A stretch of DNA of 64,000 bases from an uncultured Actinomycetes bacterium (GTDB taxonomy: Bacteria; Actinomycetota; Acidimicrobiia; IMCC26256; DASPTH01), in contig CAVOMW010000006.1 in assembly GCA_963697125.1 (NCBI GenBank), positions 79,354 through 143,353 on the forward strand, written 5' to 3'. The translations under genes and the position numbers were made by a program. Of this stretch, positions 52,415 to 61,738 are shown one piece after another. The notes below the pieces were generated by a model. It did no database searches. It saw nothing but the letters and a program-made list of their open reading frames with translations, and had not been told where the DNA came from. The first letter of the stretch is position 1; every line of letters starts with the position of its first letter.

Positions 52415-53959
52415 CCGAGCGCCCCCAGCTCCTCGCGGGCGACGACGCGGTCGTCGAACGGCACGTTGCGCTGGTGGGCGAAGGTCTGACCGGTCTCGTG
52501 TCCCTTGCCGGCGATCACGACCACGTCGCCGGGCGCGGCCGCGGCGAGTGCGTCGGCGATGGCCGCACGCCGGTCGAGCTGGACCCGCACCGCGGGTGCG
52601 TCGGCGAGACCGGGGAGCACGGCGTCGGCGATGGCCTGAGGGTCCTCCGAGCGGGGGTTGTCGGAGGTGAGGACGGCGACATCGGCTCCGGCGGCGACGG
52701 CCGCGCCCATGAGGGGTCGCTTGCCCGGGTCACGGTCGCCGCCGCAGCCGAACACGCACACCACCTTCCCGTCGCCTCTCCCGTCGGCCCGAGCCAGGGG
52801 CCGGGCGGCGGCCAGCACTCGGGTGAGGGCATCGGGCGTGTGGGCGTAGTCGACGAGGACGGCGAAGGGCTGGCCGGCGTCGACCCGCTCCATGCGTCCG
52901 GGCACGACCAGGGGGGCGCCGAGCCCGGCGACCACGGCCTCGAACGGGAACCCGGCGGCCCGAGCGGTGGCGGCAGCCCCGAGGGCGTTGGCCAGGTTGA
53001 ACGACCCGACGAGGGACAGTTCGACCACCGCATCGGTGCCCGAACGCCGATCGACGATCGTGGCTCGCGTCGCAGCAGCGCCGAACACCACGTCGGTGGC
53101 GCCGACGTCGACGGTCGGGGCGTCGGTCGCGTACGTCCACACGTCGATGCCGTCGCTCGCCGCGCGCGCCGCAAGCTCGGCCCCACGTGGATCATCGACG
53201 TTGATCGCGGCCGCGCCGGTGCGCGCACGCGTGAACAGCGACGCCTTCGCCTCGAAGTACTCGTCGAGGGTGCCGTGGTAGTCGAGGTGCTCGTGGCTCA
53301 GGTTGGTGAAGCACACCGCGGCGAACTGCACGCCGTCGACGCGGTGCTGGTGCAGCGCGTGCGACGACACCTCCATCGCGACCGTGCGCGCGCCCGCGTC
53401 GCGCATGCGCGCGAGCAACTCCTGCAGGTCGCTGGCCTCCGGCGTGGTGTGCGCGCGCGGTGCTCGATGCGGTGATCGGCTCACCCGCGACCCGTGCACC
53501 GACGGTGCCGACCACACCGGCGCGGTCACCCGCGGCCTGCGCGATCATCTCGAGCAGGTAGGTGGTGGTCGTCTTGCCGTTGGTACCGGTGACGCCGAGC
53601 ACGCGCATCGACGCCGACGGGTGGTCGAACAGCGTGGCGGCGACGGGTCCCAGCGCAGCCCGCACGCTGGGCACCTGCGCCTGGGCGACGTCGAGCGGCA
53701 ACGGACGTTCGACGAGCAGCGCCACCGCACCCCGGGCCACCGCGTCGGCGGCGTGCTCGTGGCCGTCGGTGACGGCGCCGGGGATGCACGCGAAGCACGC
53801 CCCCGGGCTCGCCTGGCGGCTGTCGTGGGTGATCGCGGCGATCTCGAGGTCGGGATCGCCGGCCCGAACGACCTGGTACCCGACCCGGTCGAGACCGGCG
53901 AGCAGGTCGTGCCAACGCACGCGCGGGCGTCCTCTCGGGTCGGTCACGGGATTGGACAC
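52405..53959 (-). CDS. murE: UDP-N-acetylmuramoyl-L-alanyl-D-glutamate--2,6-diaminopimelate ligase
   Basis: The N-terminus is in the frame of ORF 53192..55894 (DSRQASPGACFACIPG, GVTGTNGKTTTTYL). The remainder is ORF 52405..53529 (MEVSSHAL, NLSHEHLDYHG, DYAHTPDAL, GCGGDRDPGKRP, DNPR). One break near 53460. Start GTG 53959 is tentative. Confidence 0.9.
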
Positions 53960-54018
53960 CGAAGGGTACCGGGCACCGGTTGTCGGATTCGTGACGACAC
54001 CCGTCGCTCCAGGTCGAT

Positions 54019-55894
54019 TCACGAGGTCGGCACCCGCTCGTAGGTCAGCGCGAACTGCATGATCTGCTGGAACACGGGCGCGGCGGCGTCGGCGCCGAAG
54101 ATCGAGCCCTGGGGCGAGTCCATCACCACGATCGCGGCCAGCCGCGGGTTGTCGGCCGGCGCGAACCCGGCGAACGACGCGTTGTACTCGTTCAGGTCGT
54201 AGGGCACCTTCTTCGCCGTGCCGGTCTTGCCCGCCACCGGGTAGCCGGGGATCTGGGCCTTCACGCCCGTCCCGTCGGTCACCACCTTCTTCAGCATGCC
54301 GGTGACCGCGTCGGCGGTCGCCGCCGAGACCACCTGGTGCGGCGCCGGCAGCGGCTCGTCGTGACGCTGGCCGTTGGCGTCGACGGTCGCGTCGACCAGC
54401 CGCGGCGGGCGCGCCACGCCGTGGTTGGCGATGGTCGTGTAGACGTCGAGCATCTGCATGGGGGTCACCGCGATCCCGTAGCCGATCGGGATCGACCCCA
54501 TGCTGGTGTCCGTGTAGTCCTTCTTGACGTCGAACGACGACCCGGCCGACTCTCCCGGCAGGTTCAGGCCGGTCGGCTGCCCGTAGCCGAACGCGTCGAG
54601 GTACTGGGACAGCTTCGTCGCGCCCAGCTCGTGCGCGATCTCGATCGTCCCCACGTTCGACGACTGGGCGAGGATGTCGGCGACGGTCATCGTCGACGAG
54701 TGCTCTTCCACGTCCTCGTAGTTGGTGCCGCCGACGTTGATGCTCTGGCCCACGTTGTCGAACACGGTGTCCGGGTTGACGAGCCCTTCCTGGATCGCGC
54801 CCGACATGGTGATGACCTTGTTCGTCGAACCCGGCTCGTACACGTCGGTGACGGTCCGGTTGTTCTCGGTGGCGGCGGCGACGTGCGCAGCTTCGGTGTC
54901 GCTGGCACCGTCGACGACTGCCATCGCGAGCACGTCGCCGGTCTGCACGTCGACGATGACCGCGGTGCCGCCCTTGGCGTTCATCGATGTGACGCCCTGC
55001 AGCAATGACTGCTCCGTCTTCCACTGCAGCGACGAGTCGATGGTCAGCACGACGTCCTGACCGCGCTTCGCGGGCGACACCTGGCGCTCGCCGCCGGGGA
55101 TGTCGTTGCCCTGCGGGTCGCGCTCGACCTGCGCGCTGCCGGGCTTGCCGGTGAGCAGCGAGTCGTAGTGGTACTCCATGCCGCCGAGCCCGGTGTTGTC
55201 GGTGCCGACGAAGCCGACCACCGGTCCCGCGACCGCGCCGTCCGGGTAGAAGCGGCGCGACTCGTCCTGGAACGAGATGCCGACCAGGTCGAGGTCGCGC
55301 ACTCGCTTGGCCGTGGCGTCGTCGACCTTGCGCGCCACGTACGCGAACGCGCTCTTGCGGTTGGCGAGGCGCGCCTCGAGCTCCGCCTGGTCGACCTGCA
55401 GGATCGGCGCCAGCTTCGCCGCGTACACCAGCGGCTCCTTGATCACGCGCGGGTCGGCGACGATCGTGGTCTGCGGCACCGACACTGCCAGCAACTTGCC
55501 GGTGCTGTCGAAGATGTTGCCCCGCTCGGCCGGGATGGTCACGGTACGGACGCGCTGCCCGAGCCCGAGCGACGCGAGGTGGGTGCGGTCGCGCGCTTGG
55601 AGATCGAAGAGGCGAACACCGATCGCGGCGAACGCGAGCACGGTCGACGAGGACGATGCCGAGGACGCGCGCGCGGATGGGCGGGAGCGGGCGGCTCGGC
55701 TCGCGCTTGGGGCGCGTCGTCGTGCGCGGTCGCGCCGGCGCCTGCCGGGCGACGGGCCGACCGTGACGGGCCGGCGCGCGGAGAGGAACCGGCGCAGGTC
55801 GCGCTACGGGCGCGCGCGCGGACCCGCGCGCCGGGCGGCGCGCGGGTGCGGGACTGCGGCGGACGCCGCGCGGATCACGGCTGCTGGGGGCCAA
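54019..55894 (-). CDS. ftsI: Class B penicillin-binding protein (FtsI/PbpB transpeptidase)
   Basis: ORF 54019..55641 has the dimerisation domain, STNK (SxxK), SSN (SxN) and KTGTA (KTG). The Arg/Pro-rich cytoplasmic tail and TM start are in the frame of ORF 53192..55894 (ATG 55894). One break near 55650. Confidence 0.9.
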
Positions 55895-56416
55895 GGCTCG
55901 GCTTCGTCTTCGACCAGTCGGTGATGGTCTCGGCAGTCGATCCGTCGTTGGCCTTCGGCATGGGGGCGTTCGGGACCCAGAGGTACTGCGCAGGCTCCGG
56001 GGGAACCACGAGGCCGAGTCGCTCCGCCTCTTGGATCACGCGCTCCGGGGATGCGAGCAGCGACGAGGTGAGGCGGCGCTGCTCGTAGACGCGCTGCTCC
56101 TGGGCGATCCGCACGTTGAGGCGATCGAGTTCCATCTGGTGCTGCGCGAGGACCACATGGAACACGACTGCGGTGACGAGGGCGAACACGGTGACGACCG
56201 CGAGCAGCGTGCCGACACGGCCGATCGCGAACGGATGCGCCTCCACACGCGGCTTCGCCGCCACACGCGGCTTCGCCTCCACCGCGGCTTCGCGTCCACA
56301 CGCGGCTTCGCCGTCCGCGCGCGTGCGCCAGCGCCCGCCGCGTCGCGCGCGGGTCGCCGGGCCGTCGTGCGCTGCGTCGAGCGCGCGCGGCGAGGGGGTG
56401 CAGCAATGGTGGTCAC
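55875..56416 (-). CDS. ftsL: FtsL-like septation protein with tandem AKPRVx repeats
   Basis: GTG 56416 forms a GTGA overlap with the rsmH stop. The basic N-terminus with AKPRVD/AKPRVE repeats lies across ORFs 56036..56416 and 55875..56483. TM GTLLAVVTVFALVTAVVF, coiled-coil MELDRLNVRIAQEQRVYEQRRL. One break inside repeat unit 3. Confidence 0.75.
56241..56311 (-). repeat. 18-nt tandem repeat x4 (one unit is 17 nt) inside ftsL
   Basis: ctccacacgcggcttcgc / cgccacacgcggcttcgc / ctccac-cgcggcttcgc / gtccacacgcggcttcgc. The third unit lacks one base, and that is where the frame breaks. Confidence 0.9.
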
Positions 56417-57357
56417 GAGCCGAGCCGCTCCACTGCGCGCAGGCGGGCGCTCTTGGCGCGCGGGTTCGCTTCGACCTCGGCATCGGACGGCTTCACCGCG
56501 CGCCGCGTGATCAGACGCGTGATCGGGTTGCGGGTCCGGCGCGGGAGCCCCGTGGGCACGTAGCCCGGCTCCTCGGTGCGCGACCAGTCGGTGAAGCGCT
56601 CCTTGACGATCCGGTCCTCGAGCGAGTGGTACGCCAGCACGACGACGCGGCCCTCCGGCTTCAGGAGGTGCACCGACTCGTCGAGACCGGTCTCGAGGTT
56701 CGGGAGCTCGCGGTTGACCTCCATGCGGATGGCCTGGAAGGTGCGACGCGCGGGGTGGCCACCGCGCCGGCGGGCGGGCGCCGGGATGCCGCGCTTGACC
56801 GCTTCCACCAGCTCACCGGTCGTGCGCACGGGACGGGCGGCGACGATCTCGGCCGCGATGCGGCGCGCGTAGCGCTCCTCACCGTTGCGGGCGATCAGCG
56901 CGGCGAGGTCGGACTCGGTGTACTCGTTCACCACCGTCTCCGCGGTCAGCGTCTGCACGCTGTCCATGCGCATGTCGAGCGGGGCCGCATCGGCCCAGTA
57001 CGAGAACCCCCGCACGGGGCGATCGAGTTGGGGGCTGCTCACACCAAGGTCGAACAAGATCGCCACGAGCTCCTCGTTTCCCACGAATTCGGCGACTCGT
57101 TCGAAGCCGCCCTGCACGATGCGCACCCGGTCCCCGAAGGGTTCGAGTGCTGCACCCGCCGCTGCCACGGCGGCGGGGTCCCGGTCGATGCCGAGGAGAC
57201 GGAGGTCGGGGCGAGCCGTGAGCAGCAACCGGGAATGGCCCCCGCCACCCACCGTCGCGTCCACGACCAGACCCGTCGGCACCGGAGTCAAGAGGTCCGT
57301 GACCTCCGCTGCCATCACCGGGAGGTGTGCGAAGTCGCCGGCCGACTCTTCAGTCAT
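56413..57357 (-). CDS. rsmH: 16S rRNA m4C1402 methyltransferase RsmH (MraW)
   Basis: Intact 314-aa ORF: HLPVM..E, DATVGGGGHS, DLGVSSPQLD, SYHSLEDRIVK. Confidence 0.95.
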   Translation of the reverse strand: MTEESAGDFAHLPVMAAEVTDLLTPVPTGLVVDATVGGGGHSRLLLTARPDLRLLGIDRDPAAVAAAGAALEPFGDRVRIVQGGFERVAEFVGNEELVAILFDLGVSSPQLDRPVRGFSYWADAAPLDMRMDSVQTLTAETVVNEYTESDLAALIARNGEERYARRIAAEIVAARPVRTTGELVEAVKRGIPAPARRRGGHPARRTFQAIRMEVNRELPNLETGLDESVHLLKPEGRVVVLAYHSLEDRIVKERFTDWSRTEEPGYVPTGLPRRTRNPITRLITRRAVKPSDAEVEANPRAKSARLRAVERLGS

Positions 57358-57394
57358 CCGCCGACTCCCCCTCCCGGTCCGTGTCTCCTCGAGA

Positions 57395-57480
57395 CCGCCA
57401 CCGGCCCCCCGGACGCATCGGCGAAAGCGAAGCGGGCGGAAGGGGCGCTTGCGCCGCGCCGCCCGGGGGGCTGGTGGCGG
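57395..57480 (-). promoter_or_regulatory. Long GC-rich hairpin in the mraZ-rsmH spacer (candidate mraW-type 5'UTR RNA motif)
   Basis: 18-nt arms CCGCCACCGGCCCCCCGG (57395-57412) and CCGGGGGGCTGGTGGCGG (57463-57480) pair with one mismatch. They enclose nested GGGCGG..CCGCCC and GGCGC-AA-GCGCC helices. The spacer is 190 nt, unusually long for this tightly packed cluster. Confidence 0.4.
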
Positions 57481-57547
57481 GCCCGCAGGCTCACCGTTGT
57501 CAATGTGTCGCCGTCTGCTCTGTCTTGATCAGATGCCGGAGCCGGGA

Positions 57548-57976
57548 CTAGATCCCGAAGTCCGGGAGGTCGTCGGATTCGGTGAGGGCCTCTGCCCCCA
57601 GCCGGTCGAGCTCGAGCCACCGGTCGCGGTCCCAGATCTCGATCCGGGAGTACAGGCCGACGACCATCACCTCTCGTTCCAGGTGTGCGAACTCCCGGAG
57701 GTTCCCGGGCAACGCGACCCGACCCTGCTTGTCGGGCTGGATCTCGCTGGTGCCGCCGAAGAACACCCGAGCCGCATTGAGCTCCTTGGGTCCCCGCTTC
57801 GACTGCTCGCGGATCTCGGTCGCCACCTGCTCGAACTCCTCCGGTGTGAACACCGAGAGGCAGCCGCCCTTGCCCTTCGTCACGAACGCGCCGTCAGCGA
57901 GCTGGTCCCGGTACCTCGCCGGGAGGATGACCCTCCCCTTGGTGTCCAGGGAGTGCTGGAACTCTCCCAGGAACAT
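57548..57976 (-). CDS. mraZ: Transcriptional regulator MraZ
   Basis: From Met16 of ORF 57548..58021: MFLGEFQHSLDTKGRVILPARYR .. DKQGRVALPGNLREFA. This is the duplicated SpoVT-AbrB/MraZ DxxGR motif. Intact. Confidence 0.93.
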   Translation of the reverse strand: MFLGEFQHSLDTKGRVILPARYRDQLADGAFVTKGKGGCLSVFTPEEFEQVATEIREQSKRGPKELNAARVFFGGTSEIQPDKQGRVALPGNLREFAHLEREVMVVGLYSRIEIWDRDRWLELDRLGAEALTESDDLPDFGI

Positions 57977-58021
57977 CCGGAATCCCTCGCCTCTCGGTCC
58001 TCGTCCGCCCCCTCGGGGCAT

Positions 58022-58280
58022 CTCGTCCGCCCCTTGCGGGGCGATTCCAGGGCGGTGACCTCCCGCTCACTCCACTCGGTCACCACTTCACTCCATTTCG
58101 TGGCACCCTACACCCCTCTCCCCCACTCTTCAACCCACATCGCTCCCTTTTTCGCCCCGACCTCCCACTCGGCATCCACGGCGTGTCCGACGACGCGTCC
58201 GACGCCGCGCCTTGCGTTCCACCCGTCGGACACGGAGACTCCTCGGCGGGGGTCACTCACACACCGAAGGGGACGACGAC
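58022..58280. promoter_or_regulatory. Divergent promoter region (dcw/mraZ promoter and PEP-utilising gene promoter) with G/T-rich direct repeats
   Basis: On the mraZ coding strand: GAGTGGGAGG, ATGTGGGTTG, GAGTGGGGGA, GTGTAGGGTG, then TGGAGTGA-N14-TGGAGTGA. These are GTGGG/GTG-type direct repeats reminiscent of MraZ boxes. The strand is strongly purine/pyrimidine skewed. Confidence 0.3.
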
Positions 58281-59924
58281 ATGGCGGACGCGAGCACGGG
58301 GCCGGGCTCCGAGGGACTGGTCTTCGAGGCGCCCGGACCGGGGAACTGGAACCGTGACCCGGTGCACTTCCCCCGACCGGTCACGCACTACTGGACCGAG
58401 ATGCACCCGGAGCCGTTCAAGCAGGGCACCAACAACTTCGCCCGCTACTACGGGCTCCTGATCGACGGGCTCCAGACCGCCTACATCAACGGATTCGCCT
58501 ACAACCAGGTGCGCCCGGCCCCCGAGGAGGAGATCCCGCAGCGCTTCGCACGCGCCGACGAGGTCCTCGCCGGGAAGCTGTGGCGGGACCAGCTGCGGGA
58601 GTGGGACGCCGAGGTCAAGCCCGCCGGGATCGCCAAGCACCGCGAGATCCAGGCCGTCGACCCCGACGCGCTCTCCGACGACGAACTGGCCGCGTACCTC
58701 GTGCGGTGCCGCGACCACCACGCGTCGATGATCGTGCAGCACATGACCTACACCGCGGGGGCGATGATCCCCACCGGCGACTTCCTCGCCCACGCCGGCG
58801 ACTGGACGTCGCTGCCGCACGCCGAGCTGCTGGGTCTCCTGCGGGGCTCGGCCGAGGTCTCGGCCGGCGGGTCCGACGAGCTCGAGCGGTTGAAGACCAT
58901 CGCCGACGACCCCGAGGCGGTGCGGATCCTCGCGTCCGACGACGACCCCGCCGAGGTGCTCGCGCAGCTGCGCGCGCTCCCCGGCGACACCGGCGCCGCG
59001 GTCAACGGCTACCTCGACCTCGTCGGCTTCCGTCCGCTCGACGGCTTCGACATCTCCGAGCCCGGCGCGCTCGAGCTCCCCGACGCGCTGCTGCAGGCGA
59101 TCAAGATCACCATCGAAGGTCGTGACCTCACCGGCGCCGACGTCTCCGAGCTCACCGCGCAGGTCCGCGCCCAGGTGCCCGAGGAGCACCGCGAGGAGTT
59201 CGACGAGATCCTCGGCGAGGCGCGCCTCATGTATCGCCTGCGCGACGAGCGCGGCGTCTACAGCGACATCTGGGCCTCGGGCCTCATGCGCCGCGCCGCG
59301 CTCGCCGCCGGTCGACGCGTCGCCGCGCGCGGCGACATCGCCGAACCGGTGCACATGGTCGACGCGAGCATCGACGAGATGTGCGCGCTGGTGACCGGCA
59401 CCGGCGGGCCGTCGAGCGACGAGCTCGCGGCGCGCGCCGAGTACCGCGCCACCCACGGCCAGCACGACGCACCGCCGTTCCTCGGCGACCCGCCGCAGCC
59501 CCCGCCCGACCCGTCGGGCCTGCCTCCGGGCATCGGCCGCGTCATGCGCGCCACCGGCATCGCACTCGACTCGTTGTTCGGCAGCTCCGACGCCGAGCAC
59601 TCGCACGACGTGCTGCGCGGCCTCGCCGCCAGTCCCGGCATCTACGAAGGTCCGGCGCGTCTGGTGGCCGGTCCGTCCGAGTTCGGACGCATCCAGCAGG
59701 GCGACGTGCTGCTCACGCCCGCGACCACCGAGGCATTCAACATCCTGCTGCCGCTGCTCGGCGCCATCGTCACCGACAACGGCGGCCTGCTGTCACACTC
59801 GGCGATCGTGGCGCGTGAGTACGGCATCCCCGGCGTGGTGGGCACGCGTGAAGCCACCGAGCGCATCGCCGACGGCACCCTCGTCCGCGTCGACGGCGCC
59901 GCCGGCGAGGTGACGGTGCTGTGA
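58281..59924 (+). CDS. PEP-utilising-enzyme mobile (swivelling His) domain protein with large helical N-terminal domain (PEP synthase/rifampicin phosphotransferase-like C-terminal half)
   Basis: ORF 58212..59924, with likely start ATG 58281 after GAAGGGGA. The C-terminal ~90 aa are GIYEGPARLV..GDVLLTPATTEAFNILLPLLGAIVTDNGGLLSHSAIVAREYGIPGVVG (GG..SH.AIVARE phospho-His motif). Intact. Confidence 0.8.
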   Translation: MADASTGPGSEGLVFEAPGPGNWNRDPVHFPRPVTHYWTEMHPEPFKQGTNNFARYYGLLIDGLQTAYINGFAYNQVRPAPEEEIPQRFARADEVLAGKLWRDQLREWDAEVKPAGIAKHREIQAVDPDALSDDELAAYLVRCRDHHASMIVQHMTYTAGAMIPTGDFLAHAGDWTSLPHAELLGLLRGSAEVSAGGSDELERLKTIADDPEAVRILASDDDPAEVLAQLRALPGDTGAAVNGYLDLVGFRPLDGFDISEPGALELPDALLQAIKITIEGRDLTGADVSELTAQVRAQVPEEHREEFDEILGEARLMYRLRDERGVYSDIWASGLMRRAALAAGRRVAARGDIAEPVHMVDASIDEMCALVTGTGGPSSDELAARAEYRATHGQHDAPPFLGDPPQPPPDPSGLPPGIGRVMRATGIALDSLFGSSDAEHSHDVLRGLAASPGIYEGPARLVAGPSEFGRIQQGDVLLTPATTEAFNILLPLLGAIVTDNGGLLSHSAIVAREYGIPGVVGTREATERIADGTLVRVDGAAGEVTVL

Positions 59925-59955
59925 GCGCAGCGAGCAGCCCCATGGAGTCGGTGCT

Positions 59956-61248
59956 TTGAGCGAGAACGACATCGTCCCGCTGGTCGAGGCGAGCGACGTC
60001 TCGATCTTCGGCTCGAAGGCGATCGGCCTCGGCGACGCCATCCGCGACGGCCTGCCGGTGCCGCCCGGGGTGGCGCTCGCGGGCCCCGTGGTCGAGGCGG
60101 TTGCCGGCGAGGACGCGGCGACGATCGAGCGGGTGCTGTCGGCGATTCGCGACCTGCCCACGCCGCTCGCGGTGCGCTCCTCGGCGGTCGACGAGGACGG
60201 CGAAGGCGCGAGCTTCGCCGGCCAGCACCTCACGCTGCTGAACGTGCCCACGATCGACGACGTGCCGTCCGCGCTGCGGGAGATCTGGTGGTCGGCCAAC
60301 TCCGACTCTGCGATCACGTACCGCCAGCGCGTCGGGTTGTTCACCCGCCCGAGCGTCGGCGTCGTCGTGCAGTCGTTGCTCGACGCCCGACGTCGCCGGC
60401 GTGATGTTCACCGCAGAACCCGGTCACCGGCGCCGAGGAGAGCCTCATCGAAGCCGCGTGGGGTCTCGGCGAAGCCGTCGTCGCCGGGCTCGTGATCCCC
60501 GACACGTACCGCGTCGCGCGCGACGGCGACGTGCTCGAGCGCACCGCCGGGCTGAAGCGCATCGCGATGCGCTCGCGGTCCGACGGCGGCACGTACGAGG
60601 AAGACATCGACAAGGTGCGCGCCGAAGCACTCACCCTCGACGACGACCAGCTCGCGCAACTCGACCGGCTCGCGCAGCACTGCGAGCAGGTCTACGGCAA
60701 CGCGCGCGACATCGAGTGGGCGATCTCGGACGGCACGCTCTACCTGCTGCAGTGCCGCGCCGTCACCACGTCGACGTCGAAGTCGGCCGCGATCGACCCC
60801 ACCGCCGCCGTCGCCGACCAGCGACCCCGCCGACGTGCTCCCCGCGGTGCCGTTGTTCGCGGGGATGTCCGACGCCGAGGTGGAGCAACTGGCGACGCTG
60901 TTCAAGGCGCGGCGGTTCGAAGCCGGTGAGACGGTGATCCGCGAGGGATCGGGCGGCGCCGCGTTCTACGTGATCGACACCGGCGAGGCGCACGTGACCA
61001 TCCGCGGCGACGAGGTGGCCACGCTCGGACCCGGCGACCACTTCGGCGAGATCGCGCTGATCGACGCGGGCGAGCGGCTCGCCACCGTCACCGCCACCAC
61101 CGACCTCGTGTGCCACGGCGTCACGTACTGGGAGTTCCGACCCCTGGTGCAGGAGAACGGGTCCCTCGGCTGGAAGCTGCTGCAGTCGATGGCGAAGATG
61201 CTGCGCGACGCCCAGCACCAGCCCGAACCGGCTCAGGCGGGGAGGTAG
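59956..61248 (+). CDS. PEP/pyruvate-binding ATP-grasp (PPDK_N) domain followed by a cyclic-nucleotide-binding domain (one fused gene or two adjacent genes)
   Basis: GSKAIGLGDAIRDGLPVPPG, AVRSSAVDEDGEGASFAGQH and VVVQSLL lie in ORF 59956..60495. AGVMFT / NPVTGAEESLIEAAWGLGEAVVAG / DIEWAISDGTLYLLQCRAVT follow in shifted frames. CAP_ED FAGMSDAEVEQL..FGEIALIDAGERLATVTA is ORF 60835..61248. At least 3 frame breaks. Confidence 0.75.
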
Positions 61249-61724
61249 GGCTCCCAGTCGGGATCGATGGAGCCCGCGCTGGCCACGATCCAGAGGTTGG
61301 CCTGGGGCTCACGGGGTGGGTGAGGAAGACGCAGCCCGGCCTCGGAGAGCAGGCGGTCCTCCTTGCGCGAGTTGCACGAGCGGCACGACGCGACGACGTT
61401 GTCCCAGGCGTGGGGTCCGCCGCGCGACCGTGGCACCACGTGGTCGATGTTCTCGGCGGCGCGGTTGCAGTACTGGCAGCGATGGCCGTCGCGCGCGAAC
61501 ACCGCCCGCCGGGAGAGCGGCACCCGGTTGCGGTACGGCACGCGCACGAAGTGGTGCAGCCGGATCACGGACGGGATCGGGAGCTGCGCGCGTTCGGAGT
61601 GCAGGACCGCGCCGTTGCGGACGATGATCTCCGCCTTCTCCTTGAGCACGAGCACCACGGCCCGGCGCATGGGCACGACGCAGAGCGGCTCGAAGCTGGC
61701 GTTGAGCAGCAGGGCTCTTCCCAA
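61233..61724 (-). CDS. HNH endonuclease (small conserved actinobacterial type)
   Basis: C-terminal 164 aa of ORF 61233..62120, from TTG 61724 after GAGGAGG: ALLLNASFEPL..RRAVFARDGHRCQYCNRAAENIDHVVPRSRGGPHAWDNVVASCRSCNSRK (HNH with CxxC..CxxC). Confidence 0.85.
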   Translation of the reverse strand: MGRALLLNASFEPLCVVPMRRAVVLVLKEKAEIIVRNGAVLHSERAQLPIPSVIRLHHFVRVPYRNRVPLSRRAVFARDGHRCQYCNRAAENIDHVVPRSRGGPHAWDNVVASCRSCNSRKEDRLLSEAGLRLPHPPREPQANLWIVASAGSIDPDWEPYLPA

Positions 61725-61738
61725 GCGTCGGCACCTCC

